A DNA stretch of 64,000 nucleotides from Candidatus Cloacimonadales bacterium (GCA_963662655.2 CAXXTU010000001.1:9751-73750), one strand, 5' to 3'; positions 15,637 through 25,677 are shown, counted from the first letter of the stretch. Notes: generated from the letters alone by a model not told the origin. Made by a program: numbers and translations.

Positions 15637-17082
15637 TTATTTGAGTAACAGCATCTTCTGCGCCTTCGACTTTCCACCCGATTCGAGCCGGTACAGATAG
15701 ATACCCGACGACACGTTTTTACCGCACTCATTATCGCCATTCCAGACAGCTTTATGCGTACCGGCTTCGAGGTGGTCATTCACCAACATCTTCACGAGCT
15801 GACCCTTTATATTGTACACCTTCAGAACGACCTTGTCGTCCTTCGGGATCGAGTACGAGATTGTTGTGGTGGGATTGAACGGGTTGGGGTAGTTAGCGAG
15901 GAGCATCGCTTTCGCCGGTGGCGCAATTGCCGGCTCTTCGTCGTTGTCCACATAGACCCAGATATCATGGATGTAGGGGTAACAGCCATTCCAACCGGTA
16001 GACATATCCCAGATGTCGTCAGCGCCGTTTTCCGTCTCACCCACGAAGTCCCAGCCAAGGTCGGTATACGTCGATTGTTGCATCATATCTTCCGTGGTGA
16101 GGCCGATTACGTTTTCGATTACGATATAGGGATTATCATATCCATCACCCAGGCCGACACTTACATTGGTCGTCTCGGTATTCCACACACAATTCTTGAT
16201 GTGGGCATTACCATCCAAATCATCTCCATAGTTGTATGAAGCAATCGCAGCCCCTGCCGGCGAATGAATCATGCCAATTGTATAGCAATCATCGATACGA
16301 CCATAATCATTCTTTCCAACAATTCCCCCCGGGCTATCTCCATCCAGCTCCCCCGCGAAGAAACAATCACTTATACTACCACGATGAAGAAATCCAGCAA
16401 TACCCCCACGATAAATGCCCTGGTCCAACATACGCATGGTCGAATAGCAACCCTCGATCCCGGCACAATCGGACTCTCCTGAAATCCCACCGATGCAATT
16501 GGTCGCAGTGACAATTCCGCTGGTATAACTTGCCCTGAGTATTCCACTTACGAATGAGCCGCAGATACCCCCTACCGAACTGTATCCTTCAATCGCACCG
16601 GCGACAGAACAGTTCGTGATATCAGAGCCAACAGCACAACCGAATATCCCTCCGACATTTCTGTAACCACTAACATACACATCCTCTAAATGCAGTTCGC
16701 ACATTTCAGTCCAATAGGCGTATCCGAAGAGACCCTGATAATCGTACCCCGGATTGTCGATGTACAGGTTGGTTATCTTGTGCCCATTTCCATCATAATG
16801 CCCTATAAAAGGGCGTTCTTCATTATAATCAAACGATCCAATCGGGGAGAGTCCGGCGCCGTCGTTCCAGCTCTCCGTTTCAGCCGCGTCGATGTCGGTG
16901 GTTTGGAGGAAAAATAGGCTGTCGCCCCAGACGTCCGGGGTTGTGGATAGCCAAAGAAGGTTGTCCAGTGTTGCGATTTGATACGGATCCGCCTCCGTGC
17001 CGGTACCCGAAGGCTGCACGCCATCCGCAAACGCGAACGACAGCGACAGAACGATAACCCATGTGAAGATACCCTTTTTCAT
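15637..17082 (-). CDS. GLUG-motif repeat secreted protein with T9SS C-terminal sorting domain
   Basis: Start ATG 17082 with RBS GGAGGGAG. Signal peptide MKKGIFTWVIVLSLSFA. Repeated GGI.G motifs (VGGIFGCAVG, VGGICGSFV, IGGISGESD, RGGIAGFLH, PGGIVGKND). Tail LANYPNPFNPTTTISYSI...VYNIKGQLV...GIYLYRLE. Confidence 0.75.
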   Translation of the reverse strand: MKKGIFTWVIVLSLSFAFADGVQPSGTGTEADPYQIATLDNLLWLSTTPDVWGDSLFFLQTTDIDAAETESWNDGAGLSPIGSFDYNEERPFIGHYDGNGHKITNLYIDNPGYDYQGLFGYAYWTEMCELHLEDVYVSGYRNVGGIFGCAVGSDITNCSVAGAIEGYSSVGGICGSFVSGILRASYTSGIVTATNCIGGISGESDCAGIEGCYSTMRMLDQGIYRGGIAGFLHRGSISDCFFAGELDGDSPGGIVGKNDYGRIDDCYTIGMIHSPAGAAIASYNYGDDLDGNAHIKNCVWNTETTNVSVGLGDGYDNPYIVIENVIGLTTEDMMQQSTYTDLGWDFVGETENGADDIWDMSTGWNGCYPYIHDIWVYVDNDEEPAIAPPAKAMLLANYPNPFNPTTTISYSIPKDDKVVLKVYNIKGQLVKMLVNDHLEAGTHKAVWNGDNECGKNVSSGIYLYRLESGGKSKAQKMLLLK

Positions 17083-17213
17083 ACTCCCTCCTGAAATTAA
17101 AAAACACCTCATACACGAATCGTCAGATATAAATCAATGCATAACGTTATATTAAAGTATTGTCAATTTTTTTCTCTTGCCAGAGAATTTCTTCCATTTG
17201 CGATCGCTACCTT

Positions 17214-17229
17214 TGGCACCCCGTTTGCA
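17214..17229 (+). promoter_or_regulatory. sigma54 (-24/-12) promoter upstream of asnB
   Basis: TGGCAC-CCCGT-TTGCA matches the consensus TGGCAC-N5-TTGCA at every specified position. It lies 83 nt upstream of ATG 17312. Confidence 0.75.
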
Positions 17230-17311
17230 CATGGTACGGATGGAAATCTGTCTTTGCGGAAAAAAATTCCCGGAGCTCAATCGACAGGGACGTTAAAATT
17301 GAGGATGTTCG

Positions 17312-19009
17312 ATGTGTGGAATCGTAGGAATACTGGATCATAAGAAACAGCCGGATCAAGGCGAACTGGACCGTTTTACCGATTCGCTCGCCCACCGCGG
17401 GCCGGATGGCCGCGGTACATGGACAGGCGAAGGGATCGGACTCGGGCACAGGCGTTTAGCCATCCTGGACCTCACGGATACAGGGAAATGCCCCATGCCG
17501 TATGGGGATAACAATCGCTGGTGGATCACTTACAATGGCGAAATCTACAATTTCATCGAACTCCGCCGCGAGCTGGAAGAAATGGGCCACCGTTTTCGCT
17601 CCGAAACCGATACAGAAGTTATTGCCGCTGCGTATGCCGAATGGGGAAAAGAGTGCCTCCTCCGCTTCAACGGGATGTGGGCTTTCGCCATCTGGGATAC
17701 GCAGGAGAAGACGCTGTTCCTGGCTCGCGACCGCTTCGGGATCAAACCGCTTTACTACACACCGCTCGGCAATCGTTTCGCCTTCGCTTCCGAGATGAAG
17801 GCGTTCCGGCAACTGAACGACTTCCAGTCCGGCGTGAACGACCAGGCGCTCAAAGCCTATCTCGACGATCCCAAGGCTGCCGAGGGCAAGACGGACCAGA
17901 CGCCACTCAAGGATGTTTTCAAGCTTCAACCCGGCTGCTGCATGACGATAAAACCTCACAAAGAACCGCAAGTCGAACGCTGGTGGGAAACCAGCGATCA
18001 CTACCCGGAGGTTCCGGAGGACTATCCCGAGCAGGTAGAAAAACTGCGCGAGCTGTTCCTCGATTCGGTTCGGTTGCGCATGCGCAGCGACGTCTCCATC
18101 GGGAGCTGCCTCAGCGGCGGAATCGATTCCAGCGGTGTCGTCGGTGCTTTAGCGCTGCTGCATCGGCAGAACAAGGGGCTCGAACGCAGCCCGTCCGAGT
18201 GGCAGAAAGCCTTCGTGGCAACCTTCCCGGGAAGCGCGATCGACGAACGAGAATACGCGGAAGAGGTGATCCAACTCACCGGCGCAAAGCCTTACTACTG
18301 GCTTTTCGATGGAGAGAAAGCGGTACGCAATACCGTGGATGTCATCTGGGCGCATGAAAGCATCTATCAGGGCAACATGGTCCCCATCTGGGCTACGTAC
18401 CGCGAGCTTCGCAACGACGGCACGGTCGTTACGCTGGACGGCCACGGCGCGGATGAAATGCTGGGCGGCTACATCTGGTATTTCGATGAAACCTGGAAGA
18501 CGCTCAACCGGAAGCTCTACGACGATTTTCACCAGGCTCTGCCGACGCTTCTCCGCAACTTCGATCGAAGCGCGATGGCGCACGGCGTGGAGATTCGCAC
18601 CCCGTACCTCGATTGGCGGCTCGTAACCTACATTCACGCGCTCCCGCCCGAAGCGAAGATCGGCAAGGGCTTCACCAAGCGCATCCTGCGAGACGCCCTG
18701 GAGGGGATCATCCCCGATCGTATCCGGCAGCGACGACTCAAGATGGGGTTCTCTTCACCCATGGTGGAGTGGTTCAACGGCGGGATGGCATCGCTCATCC
18801 TCGACACCATCGAGCACCCGCTCTGGAAAGGCAGCCCGTTTTGGAACGCGGAAGCGATCACCGATGAAATCCGGCACAAGACCTCCCATCACCTGTGGAA
18901 AGACTCCGAAAAAAGCAAGATCAGCAAATTCTGGCTGTACATAAACGCGGTTCTGTGGTTCCGAGTATTCATTGACGGCGAAAACCCCGATAACCTGAGG
19001 ATGCTATGA
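17312..19009 (+). CDS. asnB: asparagine synthase (glutamine-hydrolysing) family amidotransferase
   Basis: N-terminal MCGIVG (Cys2 nucleophile) and PP-loop SGGIDSS. 565 aa. An EPS-associated paralogue role is possible. Confidence 0.9.
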   Translation: MCGIVGILDHKKQPDQGELDRFTDSLAHRGPDGRGTWTGEGIGLGHRRLAILDLTDTGKCPMPYGDNNRWWITYNGEIYNFIELRRELEEMGHRFRSETDTEVIAAAYAEWGKECLLRFNGMWAFAIWDTQEKTLFLARDRFGIKPLYYTPLGNRFAFASEMKAFRQLNDFQSGVNDQALKAYLDDPKAAEGKTDQTPLKDVFKLQPGCCMTIKPHKEPQVERWWETSDHYPEVPEDYPEQVEKLRELFLDSVRLRMRSDVSIGSCLSGGIDSSGVVGALALLHRQNKGLERSPSEWQKAFVATFPGSAIDEREYAEEVIQLTGAKPYYWLFDGEKAVRNTVDVIWAHESIYQGNMVPIWATYRELRNDGTVVTLDGHGADEMLGGYIWYFDETWKTLNRKLYDDFHQALPTLLRNFDRSAMAHGVEIRTPYLDWRLVTYIHALPPEAKIGKGFTKRILRDALEGIIPDRIRQRRLKMGFSSPMVEWFNGGMASLILDTIEHPLWKGSPFWNAEAITDEIRHKTSHHLWKDSEKSKISKFWLYINAVLWFRVFIDGENPDNLRML

Positions 19010-22000
19010 CTCATTTCGATTTCATCTACTGCGGCTCACTCCAGGATGCGGACGACTCCCGCATCGAATACCTGAAAAAATTCTCGCGAGCATCGATCAC
19101 CTGGCGCGGCGAACACTCCCATGCGTTTTACTTGGACGTGCGTGATCAAAACCTGCTACCGGTAGGGATATCCGCCTTCCTTTTCGGCGATTACTCCAAC
19201 TCGCTCTGGCAGGAGCATTTGGCGGACGCGCGGGTAACCGCCATTTTCGGAAAGGAACTGGAACCTTTTACCATCGCAATGCGGAACGGCCTGGAAGTGA
19301 TGATCCCACAGCAGCATCCAGCCTATGAAATCCTCAGCAAATGCACCAAAGTACACGCCTTCGGAAGCGTCGCGGACTTCTACACCAAAGCCGAGTCGCT
19401 GCTCGAACAATCAGAGAAGAGATATCAAGCCTGCCCGATTTGGGAAGGAATCGTAAGCGATCCCGCAAGCTGGGATAAACTGTTGCAGGCTTTCGGATAC
19501 GAGCCCAAAAGCGAACATGCCTGGAGCAATGTGAAGAATGCGATCGAAGACAGACACGTTATCGATCAGGAAATCTATCAGTCGATCATCCGCGAGAAGG
19601 GATGGCAATACAAGGAAGAGACCTACCTCAACGAATTCGAGTGGTTCAAACAACGGGAATGCGAAGCGCCGCAGATCAGCATCGTCATCATATCCTTCGA
19701 GTACAATCCTGACGTGCTGGTCAATCTCGAAAAACTCTCCCGGCAACCCGGTCACCAGTTGATCTTCGTGAACAACGGCGGAACGGAAGAGGAATTCGCA
19801 CCTATAGCGGACATACCGGACGTTTATCTGAAGCTCAAGGAGAACAAGGGCGCTTACCTCGCGCGGAACGCAGGTGCGGTATTCGCCAAGGCTCCCGTGA
19901 TCCTGTTTCTGGACGACGACGCGCTTCCCGAGGACAATCTGGTAGCAACGCACATCGACCACTTCAATCGTTACGACATCGTCTCGCTTCGGGGCGTGTG
20001 TCTCCCCCGCACCGACAACCCGTACAACGGATTACCGCGTCACTACTATCTGGGCGACGAGCCGTTCCCGCGATTTGCCAATATCGAGGGAAACACATCC
20101 TATCTTTCCGGGGTGTTCTTCAAGGCGGACGGGTGGTCGGACGATATCCGGTTCGGCGGCGGCGGTCTCGACCTCGCGCTGAAGATTCTGAAGATCGATC
20201 CCGACCTCCGCAAGCACATGTACTCCCCGGAGCCGGTCATTTATCACGACTACGTTCACGACGCCGAGCACCTGGAGAAGAAATCGGCCAAGCAGCAGAA
20301 GTCGCGCAGAAGGCTCTTCCGGAAATACCCCGATCACCTGGAGAAGGTAAACCAGTGGAACCAGATGCGCCATAAAACGGAGCTCCTCTATCTCAAGATG
20401 AGTTTTACGCACGAGACGGGCGTCACGACAATCGCACGGAAAAATCCGAGGCTGTACAGGCTGTTGCAGGTTCGCACGTGGGAGTACAAGTTCGGCTACT
20501 ACGATTTCTACTGGTCGCACGAGGAGAGCTTCAATCCTCCTGCGGAGACATCCATCTCCGTTGTTCTCGTCACGGAAAAACCCGACGAACTCATGATCTC
20601 CAACATCGAGAAGCTCCGCATGCAGGATAGCCACCTTAGCATCGTCGTGGTCAACAACGGCGGGAATCCGGCAAATTTCGCCAACATCGGCTGCCACCAC
20701 GTCGTGCACCTTTCGCGCAGGGCCAATCAGAACACCGCACGGAACATCGGCTCACTGATGGTGAAATCGCCCGTTATCCTTTTCCTCGGGAACCACTGCA
20801 TCCCCAGCGACAACCTGATCCAACAGCAATTAGAGATTTATGTGAAATATCAAGTTGCTTGCATAGAAGGTGAAATTCTTCATTTGGGTGAAAAACCCGC
20901 TGAAGATCAGCGAACCTACAGCTTATTCCCCATTGAGGAAGATCATATTTCCTTTTCATGTGGGATTTTTAATATGGCAAAAGGGTTCTCAGACCATATT
21001 GCTGAGCAGGGTATTCATGATTTGAACTTGCGCATGCAAAACATTCTGTCCGATCTATCTCAGACTCGGCACGCACCAGGCTGCTACGTATTCTCAAATC
21101 AAAGGCGTGCAATCAAGCAAGTGGATATCATCCGAAATCCAATACCCTATTTAAATGAAAGACCCTCACTGCTACAGATGTATCAGAACTGGCTCAATCT
21201 AGGAGATAAAAGCTTCCTTGTCATTACTCATGAAACGGCAAGAAACATGAACAAGATTATGGATCGATCAAGCAAACTTATCTCCGAAGAGAAGTATGAA
21301 GAAGCGATCTCGGGCTTCGAGCAATATGAGAAAATCAATCCTCTTAACTACCAGTGCTCCAGTTTTCTTAGTTATTCTTTCATGAAGGCGGGAAATCTTG
21401 AGAAGGCACTTGCAACAATCCTTCCAGCGGTTGAGATGCTCCCCCTCAGCGTAAACATCGCCTACAATCATGTCGGCATTTTAATACAAATGAAAAGAGT
21501 CGATGAAGCCTTCAAGGTGTGTATTCATTTTCTAAGTCAAATCAATCACGTACACATCCAGAAAATTCTGATCGATATCGAAAAATACCTCGGGAAAGCC
21601 GAAGACGATTCCGGGGAAACGTCAGTTGTGGAATCCACCATGCCAGAACAGGAACGCCAGCTTCTGCGGCGTATGCGAGAGAGCAGGAACGATCCCATGC
21701 TGCTCCGCGAAGTCTACCACTATCTGAGAAACGTGGATGAATCGGAAGCGCTCGCTATATGGTACATGAATACCGTCATGGCCAAAGCAACCGTTCAACC
21801 GCCCTCTTCAACGCCGACCCCAAAGGTCACGGTGATCGTCCCGTGCCACAATTACGGCGAGTACCTCCGGGAATGCGTCCACTCGGTAATCTGCCAGACA
21901 TACACCGATTGGGAGATGATCATCGTGAACGACGGCAGCACCGACAACACCGCTGAAGTCGCCGGGGAACTACTGCGCGAATTCGAAGGATACCGCATCC

Positions 22001-25000
22001 GTTATCACAAGCAAGAATGCCACGGAATCGTGCAGCCCCGAAACTGGGGCGCCGGTAACGCTCGGGGCGAATATATTTTACCTCTGGACGCGGACGACCT
22101 CCTCGCGCCGAAATTCCTCGAAATGACCGTGCCGATCCTCGACCACAAGCCTGACGTAGCTTACGTCAGCACCAAAGCGCTTTTCTTCGGGATCAGCAAC
22201 AAGATATGGCCGCAGGCTCAGTTCAAATCCCTGAATTTGCCCGTCACCAACCAGCAAACGAATACCACGCTCTTCCGCAAGATCATGTGGGATGACCTCG
22301 GCGGTTGGGACGAGCGCATGAACGACGGCTATGTCGATTGGGAATTCTGGATCCGTGGCACGAAGCGTGGCTGGCTTGGCGAGCAGCTCGATGCCTGCCT
22401 GTTCTTCTATCGCCGCAAAGGCGATTCCACCGTTATGGCCGCGAAAAACAAGGGGCCTCGCCTGAAGCTGAAGATCATGGCGTTACACCCGGATATCTAC
22501 CAGGCCAACGGCGTATCCGAAGACGATCCCCGGCTGGCGCGAAAAAACTTTATCGATCCGCAGTTTATCCGGCAGGATTTCCGGCTTCCCGAGCGGAAAG
22601 CCGCACCAACGCAGGCCAGAAATCCATTCGTGCTTCGCATCGAGCCGCAGAAATCCCAGGAAGCGCCGCGCATCTTGTTCATTTGCCACGACTTCCCGCC
22701 CTACCGCATGGCCGGAGCGCAGCTATACGCGCTCAACCTGGCAAAAAAGCTCAACCAGACCGGCAAGGCACGAGTCGATGTGCTGTATGCCGTCTGGCGC
22801 AATCCCGCCCATCTCGACTACACGATCCGGGAAAGCTCATTCGAAGGACTCCGCGTGTATGAACTCGGGAAACCCCCGGTTCTGGAACCGATGAAAGTCT
22901 TCGACGAGAAGACCGTTCCGGCGGTGAGGAATCTCCTGAAGAAAAATCGCTATCAAGCCGTACACATTCACGGCCTCGGGCAGATCACCCTTGCCCCCGC
23001 CCTGCTCGCGAAGGAAATGGGACTTCCGCTTTACGCCACGCTGCACGATTATTGGCTTCTCTGCGATCATTGGCACATGATACGAACCGATCAAAGCCAG
23101 TGCTCGGGCCCGACCTCGGCGGATAAATGCGCGAAATGCTATATTCATGATTACATGGATGAGACCTCACCCGAGATCGAGCAGCAGGCAGTGCAGTATC
23201 AGGAGTATCGCCGCGGTATGATGCGGAAGCTGTTTTCATCTTACGATCGCATGTTCGCCCCCAGTCGATACCTGGCATCGCGCTTCGCGGAGTTCGGATT
23301 CAAGGGCATCGAAGTAGCGCCCCTGGGCTTCGAGTATGGCGAAGTCCAGACGAGAAGACCGGGCGACGGACTCTTCCATTTCGGCTACACAGGCCAGATG
23401 ATCCCACGCAAAGGCGTCAACTTCATGATCGAAGCATTCATGCAGCTCCCGCATGAGAACGCACGCCTGGACCTGTATGGCCCCATCGAGGACATCCATG
23501 CACAGGCATTGCAACAGCAAGCTTCACGAGATCGCCGCATACGCTTCCACGGACGTTACGAGCCCGAACAGCTCGACGCCATCATGCGCACGTTCGACAT
23601 GGCGGTGGTTCCGTCTTTGATGGAAAACTATCCACTGGTCGTCCAGGAGGCATTCCTGCGAAGGACGCCCGTTATCGCCACTTCGGTAGGCGGAATTCCC
23701 GAGGTTGTCATAGACAACGAGAACGGCTATCTGGTGCAATCGGAATCGGTTGAATCAATTTTGCAAGCGATGAAGAAGGTACTTTCGGATCCATCCTGTG
23801 TGGACCGCTTCGCTGCGAACATCCAGCCTGTCCGGAGACTCGGCGAGGATGCCGAATTCTATTCAGACGTCTATGCAAAGAAGAAACCTCGCGCTATGTT
23901 CTATTTCTTCAAGAATGTGCATGTCCCGATTCTCATGCAGCTCTACCGGCAGTTTATTAAAACTGCGCCGCATTGGGAGGTCGGCTTCTCGTTTTTGCCC
24001 TCAGCTCCCCAGATTCGTGCGGGCTTTACTGTCGCACAGATTCAATCGCTCGAGTTACCGGAAGTTACGATCACACGCACGCCACAGGAATTCAAGCCGG
24101 ACATCACGTTCATCGCCGATTCCGCCTATCCCTGGGTGAAGAACTGCGGAAAGCTCGTCCACATTGGACACGGCGTTCTCTCCAAAGGCCAGTATTATAC
24201 CAACACACCCATCGTTCGTCGTGACGACGCAGCGGCGCTGGTTTGCGTTCCGGGAAGCATTCACAGAGCGAACCTCCGGGGCGTATTGCAAACTCGCGTC
24301 GAAGTGACCGGCATGGCGAAACTGGATCCCCTTTTCGGCGGTGAGATTTCCCGCGACTCGGCAGCGAACTCACTTGGCGTATCGCCGCATCGTAAATACA
24401 TCCTCTTCGCCCCTACTTTCAACGATGAGCTCTCGGCAATACCATTCGTCGGCATTCGCATACAGCAGGTGTTGCCATCCGATGATTACACGCTCCTCAT
24501 CAAGCTTCACGGCAGCGCGAAAAAAGAATATGTTATAATGTACCAGCAGCTTGCGGAACGAAACACCGACGTCGTCCTCATCGATGACCTGATAGCAGGC
24601 ATGGCCCTGGCGGATGTGATGATCTCCGATGTCTCTTCCGCCATGATGGAGTTTGCCGCGCTGGATAAACCGGTTGTCCTCTTCGACAACCCGCATTGGG
24701 CGCAATACAAAAACTACAATCCCTCCGACATCGATTTCCGCTGGCGGGATATCGGAATCCGTGTAAAGGATGTCAACGAGATGCGGATGGCTGTCATACG
24801 ATCCCTGCAAGACCCGCAGGAGTTATCTCAGAAGCGTAAGCACTATACAGATCAGCTTTTTGCCAATAAATACGACGGCAAGGCTTCCGAAAGAATCGTC
24901 GCCGCCGCCCTCTCGCTGGTGGAGAAGGCCCTTGAGAAACCTAAGCCAACCAAGCCTGTCAGTCCGAAGCGGGAAACCAATGCCCAAAGCGACACGGGCG

Positions 25001-25461
25001 TCCGGTTCACCTACGTTGGAGATTTCTCGAAGGACAGCGGTGTGGATGTGATGCTCGAAGCATTCCGCGAGCTCCCGCAGGAAGGGTGGACGCTCACACT
25101 GCACGGAGACCAGCAAACGGCCTGGGATCAAGCTGAATTCTCGGAAATCATACGGCAAATTCCCCGCGTACAGATGATGGAGGAAGTGGACCGGAAGCGG
25201 CTCAATGACGGCTCGGTAATGATCATTCCATCCCGGGCAGGCAATCACAACCATGTGATCAGGGAAGCGCTGCGAAAAGGCGTTCCCGTTATCGCCTCCG
25301 AAGGCGAGGGTGTTCGAGATGTCCTCCAGGACCGCGTTGAAGGCTTCATCGTCCCCTCGGGCGATTCAATTGCGCTGCGGCGTGTCCTGAACATCCTTGT
25401 AAACACACCCGAGCTTCTGAAGTTGATGGAGAGAAGCGTCCGCCAGAACCATGCCGGATGA
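19006..25461 (+). CDS. giant multi-module glycosyltransferase (2151 aa): GT2, degenerate GT2, TPR-like, GT2, GT4, TagF-like glycerophosphotransferase, GT4 C-half
   Basis: ATGA overlap with the asnB stop.
- aa 223-345: GT2 (ISIVIISFEYN...ILFLDDDA).
- aa 516-620: GT2-like, with LGNH in place of DxD.
- aa 755-860: TPR-like.
- aa 941-1145: GT2 (VTVIVPCHNYGEYL...LPLDADD).
- aa 1221-1600: GT4 (ILFICHDFPP...ENYPLVVQEAFLRRTPVIATSVGGIPEVV).
- aa 1630-1965: CDP-glycerol glycerophosphotransferase-like (ILFAPTFNDE...MISDVSSAMMEFAALDKPVVLFD).
- aa 1998-2151: GT4 C-terminal half. Confidence 0.85.
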   Translation: MTHFDFIYCGSLQDADDSRIEYLKKFSRASITWRGEHSHAFYLDVRDQNLLPVGISAFLFGDYSNSLWQEHLADARVTAIFGKELEPFTIAMRNGLEVMIPQQHPAYEILSKCTKVHAFGSVADFYTKAESLLEQSEKRYQACPIWEGIVSDPASWDKLLQAFGYEPKSEHAWSNVKNAIEDRHVIDQEIYQSIIREKGWQYKEETYLNEFEWFKQRECEAPQISIVIISFEYNPDVLVNLEKLSRQPGHQLIFVNNGGTEEEFAPIADIPDVYLKLKENKGAYLARNAGAVFAKAPVILFLDDDALPEDNLVATHIDHFNRYDIVSLRGVCLPRTDNPYNGLPRHYYLGDEPFPRFANIEGNTSYLSGVFFKADGWSDDIRFGGGGLDLALKILKIDPDLRKHMYSPEPVIYHDYVHDAEHLEKKSAKQQKSRRRLFRKYPDHLEKVNQWNQMRHKTELLYLKMSFTHETGVTTIARKNPRLYRLLQVRTWEYKFGYYDFYWSHEESFNPPAETSISVVLVTEKPDELMISNIEKLRMQDSHLSIVVVNNGGNPANFANIGCHHVVHLSRRANQNTARNIGSLMVKSPVILFLGNHCIPSDNLIQQQLEIYVKYQVACIEGEILHLGEKPAEDQRTYSLFPIEEDHISFSCGIFNMAKGFSDHIAEQGIHDLNLRMQNILSDLSQTRHAPGCYVFSNQRRAIKQVDIIRNPIPYLNERPSLLQMYQNWLNLGDKSFLVITHETARNMNKIMDRSSKLISEEKYEEAISGFEQYEKINPLNYQCSSFLSYSFMKAGNLEKALATILPAVEMLPLSVNIAYNHVGILIQMKRVDEAFKVCIHFLSQINHVHIQKILIDIEKYLGKAEDDSGETSVVESTMPEQERQLLRRMRESRNDPMLLREVYHYLRNVDESEALAIWYMNTVMAKATVQPPSSTPTPKVTVIVPCHNYGEYLRECVHSVICQTYTDWEMIIVNDGSTDNTAEVAGELLREFEGYRIRYHKQECHGIVQPRNWGAGNARGEYILPLDADDLLAPKFLEMTVPILDHKPDVAYVSTKALFFGISNKIWPQAQFKSLNLPVTNQQTNTTLFRKIMWDDLGGWDERMNDGYVDWEFWIRGTKRGWLGEQLDACLFFYRRKGDSTVMAAKNKGPRLKLKIMALHPDIYQANGVSEDDPRLARKNFIDPQFIRQDFRLPERKAAPTQARNPFVLRIEPQKSQEAPRILFICHDFPPYRMAGAQLYALNLAKKLNQTGKARVDVLYAVWRNPAHLDYTIRESSFEGLRVYELGKPPVLEPMKVFDEKTVPAVRNLLKKNRYQAVHIHGLGQITLAPALLAKEMGLPLYATLHDYWLLCDHWHMIRTDQSQCSGPTSADKCAKCYIHDYMDETSPEIEQQAVQYQEYRRGMMRKLFSSYDRMFAPSRYLASRFAEFGFKGIEVAPLGFEYGEVQTRRPGDGLFHFGYTGQMIPRKGVNFMIEAFMQLPHENARLDLYGPIEDIHAQALQQQASRDRRIRFHGRYEPEQLDAIMRTFDMAVVPSLMENYPLVVQEAFLRRTPVIATSVGGIPEVVIDNENGYLVQSESVESILQAMKKVLSDPSCVDRFAANIQPVRRLGEDAEFYSDVYAKKKPRAMFYFFKNVHVPILMQLYRQFIKTAPHWEVGFSFLPSAPQIRAGFTVAQIQSLELPEVTITRTPQEFKPDITFIADSAYPWVKNCGKLVHIGHGVLSKGQYYTNTPIVRRDDAAALVCVPGSIHRANLRGVLQTRVEVTGMAKLDPLFGGEISRDSAANSLGVSPHRKYILFAPTFNDELSAIPFVGIRIQQVLPSDDYTLLIKLHGSAKKEYVIMYQQLAERNTDVVLIDDLIAGMALADVMISDVSSAMMEFAALDKPVVLFDNPHWAQYKNYNPSDIDFRWRDIGIRVKDVNEMRMAVIRSLQDPQELSQKRKHYTDQLFANKYDGKASERIVAAALSLVEKALEKPKPTKPVSPKRETNAQSDTGVRFTYVGDFSKDSGVDVMLEAFRELPQEGWTLTLHGDQQTAWDQAEFSEIIRQIPRVQMMEEVDRKRLNDGSVMIIPSRAGNHNHVIREALRKGVPVIASEGEGVRDVLQDRVEGFIVPSGDSIALRRVLNILVNTPELLKLMERSVRQNHAG

Positions 25462-25550
25462 TAGTAAATGTTATTCGCGATGAGCATATAAGTCTCTGTT
25501 GATTCTCTGGTGAGTAATAACCTATTCCAGCACCTCGTGCTTTCTGCACC

Positions 25551-25673
25551 ATTTCGTTTTTGCTTCGCAAAAGCCGAAATGCAATAGGAAATTTACTATC
25601 CACTTTCGCTATTTCGCTTCGCGAAAGGCTTTCGTTCGATGATTTCGTTTTTGCTTCGCAAAAGCCGAAATGC
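25551..25673. repeat. hairpin-repeat cluster (copy A of a dispersed element plus an extra identical 32-nt hairpin module)
   Basis: ATTTCGTTTTTGCTTCGCAAAAGCCGAAATGC occurs identically at 25551-25582 and 25642-25673. A third hairpin, TTTCGC-TTC-GCGAAA, lies at ~25612-25626. The stretch 25598-25670 is ~85% identical (62/73, hand-aligned) to the reverse complement of 51454-51526. Confidence 0.8.
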
Positions 25674-25677
25674 GGAA

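Noticed and set aside
17142-17151. 10-mer TAACGTTATA shared between the asnB upstream region and the upstream region of the propeller gene (47893-47902).
   Set aside because: It is a short AT-rich palindromic word. A chance match between two AT-rich intergenic regions is plausible. It is noted only as a candidate operator.
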